DNA of 64,000 nt, taken from Malacoraja senta. Taxonomy: Eukaryota. The position numbers and the translations under genes were made by a program. The stretch lies in contig CM075989.1 of NCBI GenBank assembly GCA_038087875.1, positions 5,146,001 to 5,210,000 on the forward strand. Direction: 5' to 3'. The notes beneath the pieces are model-generated. The model was given only the letters and a program-made list of their open reading frames with translations, was not told the origin of the DNA and did not search any database. Shown here piece by piece: positions 1 to 12,330 of this stretch (its first letter is position 1; the number at the start of each line of letters is the position of its first letter).

Positions 1-1837
1 ATTTGCACAGAATTGTAAGCAAGATATAATGAAAATTAAATAAAAAGCTGACATTTTAAATAGAAGCCAATTTAACCCATGGAAATGCATGTATTTTTCT
101 CACTAGTAATTCAACACACCTTTGTTTTCGTTCTTACTACTATCAATTACTACTTTGAACTACGAAGCAATTTGTCTTAACACTATGCCACAAGGTTTGC
201 ATCTTCAACATATTCACCAAGTCAGCAACAAAGGTGGTTTGCTGCACTGTGGTCAATTAAACTACGGACAACACATACAGATCAGGAATTTCCTGCAACA
301 ATGATATAACAGTAATTAATTAACATATGGAAATCTCATTGAAAAAATTAGTGCAGTGAAAAATAACCTAATCATTATCATTAACAATAGATGCTTTTGA
401 ATAATTCCAAGAGGCGTATCTAATTTCCAATTTCATTTGATAATACCAACTGGAAATTTCACAACTGTAATCTGATAAATGGTGAACTAACCTTTAAAAC
501 TATGGCTAGATAGAGTGTCTAAGGCTACGCGTTTTTAATTAATTGGCTTCAAAACAAGAAATTGTCGTTTCGCAACATGGAACGTCTACAAAATCATCCG
601 ACATGCTGTTATCTCTCAAAAAAGACAAAATATAGATTAGAAATGGAAATGGAACTGTGTAACTAGACATAGGTACTTAGTGAAAATTAGGGTCAGACAT
701 ATTGGTCTAAACATTTGCCAGCAGACAAAAAACAGACAATGGAACAATATTTTCTGATCAGAGCTCTTTTTACAGCAGTGATCGTCTCAAGCTGTCATGG
801 TGTTCCAGGATGGAGCTTCCGAGGCCAATGGTACAATAAGGCCAAGTCACCTCTCAGCTCACCCTGTCTTGTGGGACATTGCAGGTTGAAGGTTCGGGTT
901 GATAGACATAAAATACTGGAGTAACTCAGCAGGTTAGGCTGCATCTCTGGAGAAAAGGAATAGGTGACATTTCGGGTCGAGACCATTCAGGTTGTTTGGC
1001 TTACACACGTGGAATAGTCAATGGCAAATGCAGATACTGGGCTTGGCAGCAGTGTATTTTACATAGCACTTAAATGAAGACTTCAGAAGATTCCGAAATG
1101 TTGTGGAAGACAGTAAAATGGTCGCTATTATCTTTTTTTTCTTTGCTCTTAGGAAACTGCAAGAAAATCTAGATTAAAGCAGAATAAGGTGTTCCTGACT
1201 GTAAAATATTGAATTCTCAAGCTCAGAGGACTAGACATTTTTACATAACAAAGACGAACAGCCACTGATGACTAATAGAACACTAGTGGATGAAACTAGT
1301 TTGTACGGTGGCAGTGATCCAGGGACAAATAGTAATACTAAATAAACAAAACAAAAAAAATTGGAGCTCAACCCACTGAGCATCAAAAGAAACTCATCTC
1401 TACAATTTTCAATCCTCTGTGAAACAGAACATTCTTTGCTTTGTGTTTTAATAAAAAATAATTCAAAGAGTAAACTGGTCGAAGGACACTTTCAAATCCA
1501 TTCCGCCAGCATTTATCTCAAGTTAACATTCCCGTAGTAAACATTTTAATTATGAATGTATCACAATGAAGAATATGCAGCAAAAGAGTTTTCAGGTCAG
1601 AGCACACAAAAGGATTTACATGATGGATGAAACCATTTGAGCTGTGATTGCAGTTAAAACATCACCTACACACGACTGTCATTATGAGCACAGCGTCTAC
1701 AAACTGCAGAGACAATCACAGTAAAATTTTACCCAGTAATTCAAAATATTTTGGATTTGAAATATCAAAAACAAGTCTTGTCATCACCTTCTCAAGGACA
1801 TCTCAGAACAGGCTTTAATGTTAGCCTTGTTTGCAAT

Positions 1838-2037
1838 NNNNNNNNNNNNNNNNNNNNNNNNNNNNNNNNNNNNNNNNNNNNNNNNNNNNNNNNNNNNNNN
1901 NNNNNNNNNNNNNNNNNNNNNNNNNNNNNNNNNNNNNNNNNNNNNNNNNNNNNNNNNNNNNNNNNNNNNNNNNNNNNNNNNNNNNNNNNNNNNNNNNNNN
2001 NNNNNNNNNNNNNNNNNNNNNNNNNNNNNNNNNNNNN
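1838..2037. other. Assembly gap (200 N)
   Basis: Run of exactly 200 N; placeholder-size gap, so contiguity across it is not guaranteed. Confidence 0.99.
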
Positions 2038-2185
2038 GATACCTCATGAAGACTAGGCGACCGCTGTGTCGATTTCCTGTGCTCATCTGGACCTCCCAGT
2101 TGCCAGTCATTGTAATTCCCCTTCCCTCTGCCTCCACCACTACCAGGTGTGACGAAATGTAAACTGGAGGAACAGCACCCCATAA

Positions 2186-2465
2186 TCCATAGTCATACAT
2201 GATAGGAGTAGAATTAGGCCATTCAGCCCATCTACTCCGCCATTCAATCATGGCTGATCAATCTCCCCCGCCTGACCCCATTCTCCTGCCTTCTCCCCAT
2301 CACCTCTGACATCTGTACTAATCAAGAGTCTGTGTATCTATGTCTATGCCTTAAAAATATCCACTGACTTGGCCTTCACAGCCTTCTGTGGCAAAGAATT
2401 CCAGATTCACCATCCTCTGATTGAATACATTTCCCCTCATCTCCTACCTAAAAGAAGTCCTTTAA
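2186..2465 (-). mobile_element. CR1-clade LINE (HER1-like) 3' fragment
   Basis: Reverse complement of the CR1 3' end (gaattaggccattcagcccatc...cattctcctgccttctcccc...gccttctgtggcaaagaattcc). Related fragments at ~18880-19325, 21390-21715, 23690-23920, 26315-26825, 31005-31190, 34085-34462, 46440-47000, 47700-48150, 50530-50940. Confidence 0.8.
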
Positions 2466-2950
2466 TTCTGAATTTCCCAGGGTATTCTATAAGCTAATGG
2501 CATGAACACAGTTCTCCAATATACGGTTAAGTGACACCCCCCCCCCCACTGCCCCTTTCTCACTTGCTATTTATCCGGGTCCTCTTATTACATGCCCATC
2601 TTCACATTATAACCCCCTTCACCCTGTTTACCCTCCTCCAGATACACACATCTCTCCCACTGGACCTCCTTTCACAAAACTGCTCACCTCTCGACTCTCT
2701 CTGTTGTTCCCAACTGTCACCATCCTTCATTCAGTTCCATTCTTCTCCGTCCTTTATCAGATTCCAGGTTCTGCACTCTGATGTTCTCCACTTGTCACCT
2801 CCCAGCCTCTGTTGCTATCTCCACCCTTCCATCCCCACCTGACTTATCTGCCAATCCCTCCTCACCTACATCCACTGTCACTAGCTCTTGCCCACCCTGG
2901 CTACTACCCCCTCTACTCTTAGTCTAGCGGAAGGGTTAAAAACCTAAAAC

Positions 2951-3680
2951 GTGAAATTTTTGAAATCTTTACAAAATTATTTAAAATTAAACTGATACCC
3001 AAAGCAGAATGGATTATCTTCGGAACAACGGAAGATAGTCCAGAACTAAATGTGTTCCAAAAGAAATTAATAGACTATGGGTTAATAACTGGAAAAAAGT
3101 TAATCCTAAAATTCTGGAAAAACGCTCCAATACCAACTATAAACATGTGGATTTCAAATATGTTCGAAACATTACACCTAGAAGAGATAAGACTCCTCCT
3201 GGCAGGTAAACCAGATCACTTCCACCTGACGTGGTCTGCATTTATAGAATTATTACAAGTATAGGGTGCAAAAGTACAACAAAAAAACTGAGGTCAGGTA
3301 AGGGGGGATGAAAGCTGGAGAGTTGGTATGTCCCATTTGCGTGATGCTTACAAAAAAGTACTTGTTTTTCTCTTTTCCCTCTTTCTCTTTTTTCTTCTTT
3401 TTTAGGGTCTATTTCTTAACTCTTTCTTTTTGTTTTTAATTTCTTTCTTATAGGGTCTTTGTTTTTTTTGTCACGTTTTTTACACTTTCACTTTTTTCCT
3501 TCACTTTCTTCTTTCTCTCAATCTCATCCTTTCCCTTTATTAGTGTAAAAAATAAACGGAGTACATTAATTGTAATAAGATATATGTGATGAGTACTAAT
3601 GTAATTGGTTTTAATGGGATGTACATCTAATAAATAAACATTTAAAAAAAATAATAATAAAAATAAAATTTTAAAAAAAA
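2951..3680 (+). mobile_element. L1-clade LINE 3' fragment (ORF2 C-terminus, T-rich 3' UTR, A-rich tail) inserted into an old Penelope-derived unit
   Basis: ORF 3052-3264 (...KKLILKFWK...PTINMWISNM...HLEEIR...TWSAFI) is L1 ORF2 C-terminal-like. AATAAA plus A-rich tail; ctaaaacgt repeated at both junctions. A near-identical copy lies on the minus strand at 37822-38575. Confidence 0.8.
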
Positions 3681-3892
3681 ACTAAAACGTCAACTGTCCA
3701 TTTCCCTCCACAGGAGCTGCCTGACAGTTGGGTTCCTCCAGCTGCTCTGTTTCTTTTAACTTCAGTATCTTGTACAGTATCTATTTCTCATCAGTTATCT
3801 GTCATAGGAAGTGATGAAAGAAATAGGAAAAATGTTAAATGAGAGCATTTTGTGCAAACAAGGGCAACTGAGCCAATCTTATACAGGTCGCT

Positions 3893-4116
3893 GTTTAAAA
3901 AGGAACTGCAGATGCCGGAAAATCGATGGTAGACAAAAATGCTGGAGAAACTCAGCGGGTGAGGCAGCATCTATGGAGCGAAGGAAATAGGCAACGTTTC
4001 GGGTCGAAATCCTTCTTCAGAGGACTGAAGAAGGGTTTCGACCCGAAACGTTGCCTATTTCCTTCGCTCCATAGATGCTGCCTCACCCGCTGAGTTTCTC
4101 CAGCATTTTTGTCTAA
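3893..4116. mobile_element. Penelope-derived short element, head-to-head inverted pair with hammerhead-like core
   Basis: The ~90-130 bp unit (gtttaa..aaggaactgcagatgc...gagaaactcagcgggtgaggcagcatctatggagcgaaggaaataggcaacgtttcgggtcgaaa..cttcttcag) is followed by its reverse complement. The same unit is the 3' tail of GIY-YIG-encoding fragments at 13069-13390 and 50965-51597. Confidence 0.75.
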
Positions 4117-5584
4117 CTTATATAGGTCTCTGTTTATTTGGAGCATCTGATATCCAGTACCTTTGATTCCATGCCATAATCAAATATTTAAAACATAAAA
4201 AAACTATCACTCGAGCTGTCCATTCTGTTATCCAAGTTTGTTTAAACACATCATCATGTATTCCATACTGTCACAATGAACAAATACAAGATTCCTTTGA
4301 TCGTAAGGCAGTATCCAAAGGGGGGTAGAATACCTAGCATGTGTTGCATCACTGATACAATTCAATTACTTTCAAATTAATGACAACAATCTACAATATA
4401 GCGAATATTTATATTTTTTTAGTAAACAGTTATTTTGCATTGTGCGTTTCAGAAAGCAAGAATAAAACTGTCCCCAAAGGTTGACTTAAAAGTAGGTGTC
4501 ATGAGAATTCCCCGATTTCTCCAACTTTCTCATAAGCTGTGCTTCTGATCAACTGTGAAGGGGCATGTTTCATTAAAGACAGCATATCTCTGACAATCCA
4601 AGTATCACCTCCTATAACTACTTTGACAGGAGATATCTTCAGTTTGGCAGGAAGAACTCAATCAGATAAGAGGGAAGACAAGTCAACTATCCTCACGAGT
4701 TGGAAGTAAACGAGAGACTGGATTTGACAGGTTTGGTACATGGATAGGACAGTTTGAGGGGTATGACCCAAATGCAGGCAGATGGAACTAGTGTAGCTGG
4801 GGCAAGTTGGGCCGAAGGGCCTGTTTTCACGCTGTATCACTCTATGATTCTATGACTGGTGAAGAAAGGAGGACAGAGATCCCAGGTTGGCAACTTATAA
4901 TTATGTCCTTGGCTCCACAGAAATGAATAAGGTCAAGTGCAATGGAATAGGTGATTATACAGTAAGACTTGGAATATCAGGCATATTGGCTTTAATGGAA
5001 CATGCTCCTTAACTAATTACTGGGAGCACAGTTAATGAGGATGTTGTAAAAATGGGGAAATTCTTCTGACAGTAAGACAACCTTTGAGGATGGTTCTCAT
5101 TTCCTGCTTTCTGAAAAGTCCAGTACAAAATAACTGTTCACAGCAAAGCTTACACTGACAAAAATACAATTAGTGCATCAAACTGACCAAAAGTACAGGG
5201 TGGCCTGTGGCCTGCGCCCTGCGCTTCTTCCTGCACGCAGAGGGAGATTGCCCTCGGCTCCCAGGGTGCTGGGAGGCTGTCGAGAGATGAGTGGGTGAGA
5301 TGATGGGGTGGAGCAGGTGGGCAATGACCGGGGCGGGAGGGGGGGGGTGGATGTCATGGTAGGGGGGTGGTGGTGGTGGTACAGAGGGGGAGATGTAAGA
5401 GTAGATGATGAGGTGGTGGGGGAAAGGCAAAAAGAGACGAAAGGTAAAGGAGTTGGGAAACTTAAGGGGCAGTGGGGGAGGGGAGGTGGAGGTGTGAGGG
5501 GGAAGAAGGGAGGTGGATGGGGGAGCAGGGGATGGAGAAAAGTAGGAGGAGGTTGTGCGAGAAGGAAGAGAGACAGAGGGGTGA

Positions 5585-5715
5585 GGATGGGGGGAGTGGG
5601 AGGATGGGAGGATGGGGGGGGAGTGGGAGGATGGGGGGGGAGTGGGAGGATGGGGGGGGAGTGGGAGGATGGGAGGGGGGAGTGGGAGGATGGGAGGGGG
5701 GTGGGAGGATGGGGA
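5585..5715. repeat. G-rich minisatellite (~19-bp GGATGGGGGGGGAGTGGGA units)
   Basis: Tandem degenerate units seen directly. Confidence 0.9.
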
Positions 5716-5766
5716 GGAGGGGGAAGGGGATGAGGAGGAGGGGGGGCGGGGGAGAGAGGGGGAGAG

Positions 5767-6125
5767 GGGAAGGGAAGAGGGAGAGGGAAGAGGGAAGAGG
5801 GAAGAGGGAAGAGGGAAGAGGGAAGAGGGAAGAGGGAAGAGGGAAGAGGGAAGAGGGAAGAGGGAAGAGGGAAGAGGGAAGAGGGAAGAGGGAAGAGGGA
5901 AGAGGGAAGAGGGAAGAGGGAAGAGGGAAGAGGGAAGAGGGAAGAGGGAAGAGGGAAGAGGGAAGAGGGAAGAGGGAAGAGGGAAGAGGGAAGAGGGAAG
6001 AGGGAAGAGGGAAGAGGGAAGAGGGAAGAGGGAAGAGGGAAGAGGGAAGAGGGAAGAGGGAAGAGGGAAGAGGGAAGAGGGAAGAGGGAAGAGGGAAGAG
6101 GGACGAGGGACGAGGGAAGAGGGAA
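5767..6125. repeat. (GGGAAGA)n polypurine tandem repeat, about 50 units
   Basis: Near-perfect 7-bp tandem array; explains the long low-complexity ORFs in the track. Confidence 0.98.
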
Positions 6126-6640
6126 AGGCCGGCCGGCCGGCGGGTGAAGGAGGAGGCCAGCGCCTCGCCCCTGGCCCCGAAGCTGCACGACCCGGTTCAC
6201 GCCCGCTCACCGATCCCCACATCATCGCTCCTTCCCCTCTCTCCCTCTCTCCCTCCTCCACCCTTTCTCTCCTTCCTCCCTTCCTTCCTCCCTCCCTCCC
6301 CTCACCTCACACCCCAACCGCCGCTCACCTCCTCTGCGACCGGCGCCTTCACCCGCGCTGCGCCTGCGTCTCCTCCCCCCCCCCGGCAACGCCCCGCCCC
6401 CTCGGGCCGGCCCGACCCCCATTGGCCAGCGCAACGCCTAGTCCCGCCCCTGGCGCCGCTCCCCATTGGCTGGGGCAGCTGCCCGTCCGACCGCCGCCGA
6501 GTTTCTTGGTATCCAACGTCACAGATGCAGGTCCCGCCCCCCCCGCCTCTCTCTCATTGGCCTGACCCGCCCAGTGACATCACCTGACGGACGGCGAGAA
6601 CAACCAATAGGAGGTGAGGTGCGGTCGCTGGAACTCAAGT
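6126..6640 (-). promoter_or_regulatory. CpG-island promoter with CCAAT and GC boxes and a probable leftward non-coding first exon (~6375 to 6329)
   Basis: CpG-dense sequence unique in this window. ATTGG at ~6421, ~6465, ~6556; CCAAT at ~6604; CCCGCCC GC boxes at ~6393, ~6443, ~6533; NRF1-like tgcgcctgcgt at ~6359-6369; minus-strand donor GAG|GTGAGC at 6329/6328. Confidence 0.7.
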
Positions 6641-6809
6641 GTATGTTTTGTATTGTGGATGCTGGAAAACTGGAACAGTCATGGTCATATAGTCATAGTC
6701 ATATAGTCATATTCTTACTTAGACTTAGTTCCTCCCAATGTTGAGCGCATTGGGCGGCAAGCTTTCACCATTCTATTCGGTTATGTGCAACTTCGTCCAC
6801 CATCAATAA

Positions 6810-8352
6810 AGGGGCTGTCCCATTGCGGCGACCTAATCTGTGAGTTTAGATAAGTTTGCCCTCGGCTCATGGTCGACATGAGGTCCGATGAGGTCACTGG
6901 AACTCTCCTTCATGCTCGAGGACTACAATGGCAAAAACAGGAGCACTGTTCAGCCTACCGCTTTGCTCCCGGCCGAGCTTAACACCTTTTATGCCCGGTT
7001 TGATGCAGACAACACAGTGCCCACCATGAGTCCACAGGTGTGCAGGGGGACTACCACACTGACCCTACAAACGGCAGACGTGAGGCGGTCCTTCAAAAAG
7101 GTCAATGACCCCAAAGCTCCAGGGCCGGATGTTATTCCAGGGCGGGCTCTCAGGGGGTGCGCTGATCAACTGGCAGAGGTGTTCACCAACATCTTCAACC
7201 TCTCCCTGAGTCAGTCTGTGGTTCCCACCCCCTTCAAAGCATCCATCATTGTTCCTGTTCCAAAGAAACCAATAATCTTCTGTTTAAATGACTACCATCC
7301 TGTCGCACTGACATCAGTCATCATGAAGTGCTTCGAGCGGCTAGTCAAAACTCACATCTGCTCCTCTCTCCCTGACACCTCGGACCCTCTTCAGTTTGCG
7401 TCCAGACCAAACAGGGCCAAGGACGATGCCATCGCTATGGCAACTCACACTGCGCTCACCCACCTGGACAAAGGGAAAACAAATGTGAGAATACTCGTCA
7501 TTGACTACAGCCCGGCATTCAACACTATCATTCCCTCAAAACTCATCCCCAAGCTCCTTGATCTTGGACTGGAGACCTCCATCTGCGGCTGGATATTCGA
7601 CTTCCTGACGGGCAGGCCCCAGGTGGTGAGAATTGGCAGCCACACCTCTTCCTCACAGATCCTCAACACAGGCACACCACAGGGCTGTGTGCTCAGTCCT
7701 CTCCTGTACTCCCTATTCACGCACGACTGTACTGCTAAGCACAGCTCTAACATCATCCTAAAGTTTGCTGACGACACGACCATCCTGGGCCTCATCACAG
7801 ACAACAATGAGAGGAGGTAAAGGAACTAAACAGCTGGTGCCAGGAAAATAACCTCTCTCTCAATGTCAGCAAAACTAAAGAGATGATCATGGACTAGAGG
7901 AGACAGCAGGAGAGTGAACACCTCCCCATCCACATCGGTGATGCTGAGGTTGAAACCGACCGGTTGGTAAACTGCCCGCTAAACTTTATTAGACTTCTTA
8001 AAAGTATCTCCCCTCCTTTCTCCCCCCCTTCTCTCCCCTTCTCTCCCCTTCTCTCCCCTTCTCTCCCCTTCTCCCCACCCCCCTCCACGCTCACTAAAGG
8101 ACTTACCGTACACTGTGGTAGCCGTCTTTTACCTTCCTCTTCATCGCGGGTGTGAATTTCAGACAGCGCTCGCCCGCTTTCCCTGGCCCCCGCCTTTGCG
8201 ATGTGTTTGTGTGCGGTCGGTCGATCCAGCTCGTGGTTTCAACGCGGACGGTCGATCCAGCTCGAGGTTTTCTAGGCGAGTGCCCTCGAGCTTGAAGGTC
8301 GAAGACACTCTTCTTAACTCGCAGATTAGGTCGCAGCAGTGGGACAGCCCCC
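6810..8352. mobile_element. PIF/Harbinger-type MITE carrying an internal Rex1 RT fragment
   Basis: TAA|AGGGGCTGTCCCATTGCGGCGACC...GGTCGCAGCAGTGGGACAGCCCCC|TAA; both arms are homologous to the uninterrupted copy at 40867-41720. Confidence 0.75.
6921..7955 (+). pseudogene. Rex1/Babar-clade LINE reverse transcriptase fragment
   Basis: ORF 6888-7820 contains KAPGPD, NDYHPVALTS..MKCFERLV, DPLQFA, IDYSPAFNTI, GTPQGCVLSPLLYSLFTHD and KFADD. Homology continues past a break (WCQENNLSLNVSKTKEMIMD). Confidence 0.92.
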
Positions 8353-8844
8353 TAATCCGCGAGTTCAGAAGAGTTTAGGAGAGTTTGAAAAAGTGTCATG
8401 TTGAAGACCTCCTTCGACTATGTTGAAGACCAGCTTCGATTAGCTACGGGAAAATTGAAAATAGTGGAGAGTGAAGACGACCTCCTTCGATCTCCTTCGA
8501 CCTCCCTTCGACTATGTTGAAGACTATCTACGACTACCTTCGACTACCCTCGATTACCTACGAATAACATGACGACCTACTACAACCTACTACGACTAAA
8601 CCTACGAGTAAAAAAAATATCGATTTTTGCCATGGCGACCATTTTTTACTCGCGGGCATTTTTCAGCATGTTGAAAAATACGCCGCGACCTAGCTGAGGC
8701 CTCGAGTATGCGGGGACTACTCTCGCGCATGAAGGAGAGTTACAAAGACGTCTTTGGACCTCGTGTCGACCATGCTGTGAGTATGAGTCGAGAGCAAACT
8801 CTTCTGAACTCACGGATTAGGTCGCCGCAGTGGGACAGACCCTA
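8353..8844. mobile_element. PIF/Harbinger-type MITE (left terminus missing) with internal CTACGAC/CTTCGAC micro-repeats
   Basis: Ends GGTCGCCGCAGTGGGACAGACCCTA|TAA; begins inside the subterminal cctaatccgcgagttcagaagag. Confidence 0.7.
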
Positions 8845-8849
8845 TAAGC

Positions 8850-9360
8850 TTGCACCCTGGGCTTCCAAATCCTTCTGGAATGTTCACCTCCATGTGAGTT
8901 TTGGTCGGCCTCTTTTCCATCTTCTGTCAGGTTGCCATGCCATTGCTATCTTAGGTGCACGTCTGGTGACATTCTGAGTACATGTCTTGCAAATTTCATC
9001 CTGCATACCTCTATGTCCTGGCTGAGAGGCCATGTTGCAGTTTCACAGTAGATCTCCTCGTTTGTGATGTGGTCTCTGTAGCTAGTCTTCAGGATCTTCC
9101 TCAAGCAGCGTTGTTGGAATGCATCCAATTTCTTTTTCATCTTATCATTGATTTTCCATGTCTCACTGGCATAGATGGCTGTAGGAAGGACTACGAACTG
9201 GAAGAGCTTGACTTATAGCATCTTGGATATCTCCCCACAGCTGCATTCTTCTGAAGACTGATGCAGCTTTACCAATTTGGGTAGTTGATGTTGACCTCTA
9301 CATCTCCATCTGCTGTGAACATGCTGCCTAGATAGGTAAATCTTGTTGCGTTTTCCACAG
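8850..9360 (-). mobile_element. RTE-clade LINE ORF 3' fragment (decayed)
   Basis: ORF 8946-9140 KLDAFQQRCLRKILKTSYRDHITNEEI...KFARHVLRM is the typical RTE C-terminal signature. Confidence 0.8.
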
Positions 9361-9802
9361 GTTCCCCAAGTCATATTCATAGAGTCATATAGTCATAGAA
9401 TCTTACAGCGTGGAAACAGGCCTTTCGGCCCAACTCGCCCACACCGACCAACATGTCCTGTTGACACTGGTCCCACCTGCCTGCATTTGGCCCATATCCC
9501 TCTAAAACTATCCTATCCATATACCTGTCCAAATGTTTCTTAAGCATTGCAATAGTTCATGAGTAAGAGTCAAGAGTGTTTTATTGTCATATGTCCTGAA
9601 ACGGAACAATGAAGTTCTTACTTACATCAGCACAACAGATATGTAAACATAGTACTCCTTAACTTCTTAATAAACAAAATAAGAAACAAATGTAAATGTA
9701 ACAAATAAAAAGGAACTGCTGGTTTATATCAAGGATAAACACAAAATGCTGGGGCCTGACTTGAAACGTCACCTATCCATTTTGTCCAGAGAAGCTGCCT
9801 GA

Positions 9803-10131
9803 AAGCCCTGTCCCACTGTACGAGTAAATTCCAAGAGCTCTCCCGAGTTTGCCTGATTCGAACTCGGAGATTTACGGTAATGGCCGCTCGTCGGTACTCG
9901 GGGCTCTCGTGGACATTTTTCAACATGTTGAAAAATCTTCACGAGTCTTCCCGTGCTTACCTGCCATTAGCGAGTCTTCCCGAGTACCTGCCGTTAGCGT
10001 TACGAGCCGCTGAGAGACGACCCCGAGCTCCAACGTACCCGCTACGTTCATTCTCCGTGCTTACCACGAGTTTGATTTTTTTTTAGCTCGGGAGAGCTCT
10101 TGGAATGAACTCGTACTGTGGGACAGGGCTA
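9803..10131. mobile_element. PIF/Harbinger-type MITE inserted in a Penelope-derived unit
   Basis: TIRs AGCCCTGTCCCACTGTACGAGT / ACTCGTACTGTGGGACAGGGCT; 3-bp TGA/TTA flanks; host gaagctgcc-tga-cccgttgtgttactc resumes after it. Confidence 0.8.
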
Positions 10132-10558
10132 TTACCCGTTGTGTTACTCGAGCATTTTGTGTCTGACAAAAAAAAGTTAGTCAAAAAGAAAATGAAATAA
10201 ACTATGAAAGTGCAAGGACAAAGTCAATGCCCCCCCCCCCCCCCCCCCAAGTCTAAGTAGTTATGAGCCCATTTGAAGTTCATAAAGTTTACTAGTTGTT
10301 GGGAAGAAGATGGTCCTGGTCCTGTACCTTCTTCCCATTGGCAGGAGCGAAATTCGAGTGTGAGCAAGGTGGTGTGATAATGCTGTCTCTGATGACGCTG
10401 GCTTCCTTTTTGAGGCAGTGACTCCTGCAGATCCTTTCGATGGTGGGGAAGTCAATACCCATGATGAATTGGGCAGTCCACTTTTTGTGCAATCATCTTT
10501 GTCCCTTGGTGTTCGAGTTGCCGAAGCAGGCTGTGATGCAACCAGTCAATATGCTCTC

Positions 10559-11318
10559 TGGTATGGTATGGGACTTTATTTGTCACATGTACCGAGGTAC
10601 AGTGAAATTCATTTTTGTATACAGTTCAGTCCGTACCAATATACATAAGCACTTAGATACATATTAGATAAGCAACTCAGATACAGTACAAGTGTATAAC
10701 AGTAGTACATTGAGACAGTATACAGAGTTGCGAGATTGGCACCATTTTCAGGTCCCAGTTGTTGTAAGTGCGGGGATCTTAATCTGACAATGAAGGCCCA
10801 TTGTCCTGGTGGCGTTGCAGCGTCGGCCTGGCCAAGCGTAGCCATGTTGTTCTCCACCGTGGCTCCACCGCTCTAGACCGCGTTCGGTCCATCTACTCGG
10901 CCTCTTGGAACGGCGTCCAGTCCAGCCGTGCCCCAGGCTGCTGCAGGGCCTCCAGCGGCCCACTGCCCCATCGAAGCCATGCACTCCCTCCCTCAGCAGG
11001 TCTGCTTAACTGCCCACCGTCTGACTCCTAACACGCTAGGCGGGCGAGCGGGGCCTTCCAGGTAGGTTCCGGTCCACGGCCTGTGTCCTCGATGCGTGGC
11101 CGGTGCGTCCCCTGCAGGCGAGCTGGTCTTTCCGGGCCGGTTCCGGTGTGCGGCACAGCTCCCCTGTCTGCAGCGGGCTAGTTCACAGTCTGCGGCAGGT
11201 GAGCCTGGGCGGGTCCTTCTTCCTCAGTCCACAGTGAGCGATCTGGACCTTCCAGCCTGCTCGTGGGTCTGGCCTCGACTGCCGGGATACTCCCGCCGTG
11301 TGTGGCTTGCTGGGATCT
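10559..11318 (-). mobile_element. GC-rich non-autonomous retroposon with Rex1-type tail, inserted in a Rex1 3' fragment (10262-10558 + 11319-11460)
   Basis: Minus-strand tail aatttcactgtacctcggtacatgtgacaaataaa+(CCATA)n; host Rex1 sequence (...atgctctc / cactgtacatc...) continues across it. Confidence 0.6.
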
Positions 11319-11473
11319 ACTGAACTCTCCACTGTACATCTAAAGAGGTTCAAGAGAGTATTCGACAACATACCAAATGTCTTCAATCCTCTAAGGAACT
11401 AGAGGCATTGACGGGCTTTCTTTATGATTGCATCAATGTGCTGGGTCCAGGACAGATCTACACAATGTCCACT

Positions 11474-12330
11474 AGGGGCGCCACATTGATGGCAGCCTCT
11501 GCCTACAGTCTGTCTGTTTTTTCTATCTTTTTTAAATTTTAGTTTGTCTTAATAGTTTGTTTTGGAGGTTTCTTTAGTTTTTCTATGTGGGGGAGGGGGG
11601 TAGGCTGAGGGGAAAATCGTTTCCCAGTCACTTCCTGGCGAGGATGCGACTATTCTCCGAGTCGCATCCTCGTCCCCCTCCTCGCGGCCTACCAACTGGA
11701 TTTGCACGGCCTTTCCTGCCGGGGACCGGGGACCGGACCTGAGCTTCAGCAGCGGCGGCGCAGCACTGGATCTATCACGGAGCGGGCGATGCCTACCTGA
11801 ATCGCCGTTTCAAGCTCCGGAGTGTTGGGCCTGCTGCTTCAACATCGCAGAGCTGTGGTTCGTGGGGCTTCCAGCGCGGGCAGCGCTGACTTCAGCATCG
11901 CGGAGTCCTGGGATCCCTTTGCCGGGGGCCGCCGGCATGGGTCTCCACCCGGCGCGGCCTGTGGACTTTGGGAGCCGCGGACTCCGGTAGGAAGTGGCCG
12001 ATTCGGAAGTCCAAGCCGCTGAGGTTGTTCTCCCGTTCCGACGTCAGAGTTCCATCATCCCGGCGAGTTGGCCTGAACATCGGGCCACCCGTAGGGCCAA
12101 CTGCGGAGGGCTCGTTAGGCCCCGACCACGGGTGAACATCAAATATCATCAGAGGAAGATGACTGAACTTTTGGTGCCTTCCCTCATAGTGGGAAACTTT
12201 GATTCTGCTGTGTGGAGATGTTTTATGTTGTAGTCTATAGTGTGTTGTGTTCTTTTTTATTCGTATGGCTGAATGGTGGCCACACATTTCACTGTACCAA
12301 TTGGTACATGCGACAAATAAATGTATCTTG
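11474..12330 (+). mobile_element. GC-rich structured non-autonomous retroposon, copy A
   Basis: Head GGGGCGCC..ATGGCAGCC, T-rich tract, G-run, hairpin 11638-11673, GCGGCCTACCA motif, 3' hairpin ~12178-12218, Rex1-type tail. Confidence 0.7.

Noticed and set aside
1751..2251. ORFs spanning the N run
   Set aside because: Artefacts of the assembly gap.
5170..6587. ORFs of 317-371 aa on both strands
   Set aside because: Translations of (GGGAAGA)n and the G-rich minisatellite; open in many frames, no domain content.
8400..8610. Regularly recurring short repeats resembling a CRISPR-like array (also 20380-20670)
   Set aside because: Degenerate 7-20 bp internal repeats of Harbinger-type MITEs with no unique spacers; eukaryotic context.
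11630..11700. HDV-like ribozyme fold for the GC-rich family 5' hairpin
   Set aside because: The loop resembles L3 and CTAA/CTAC follows, but the 5' strand pairs contiguously, leaving no P1/P2/P3 nested pseudoknot.
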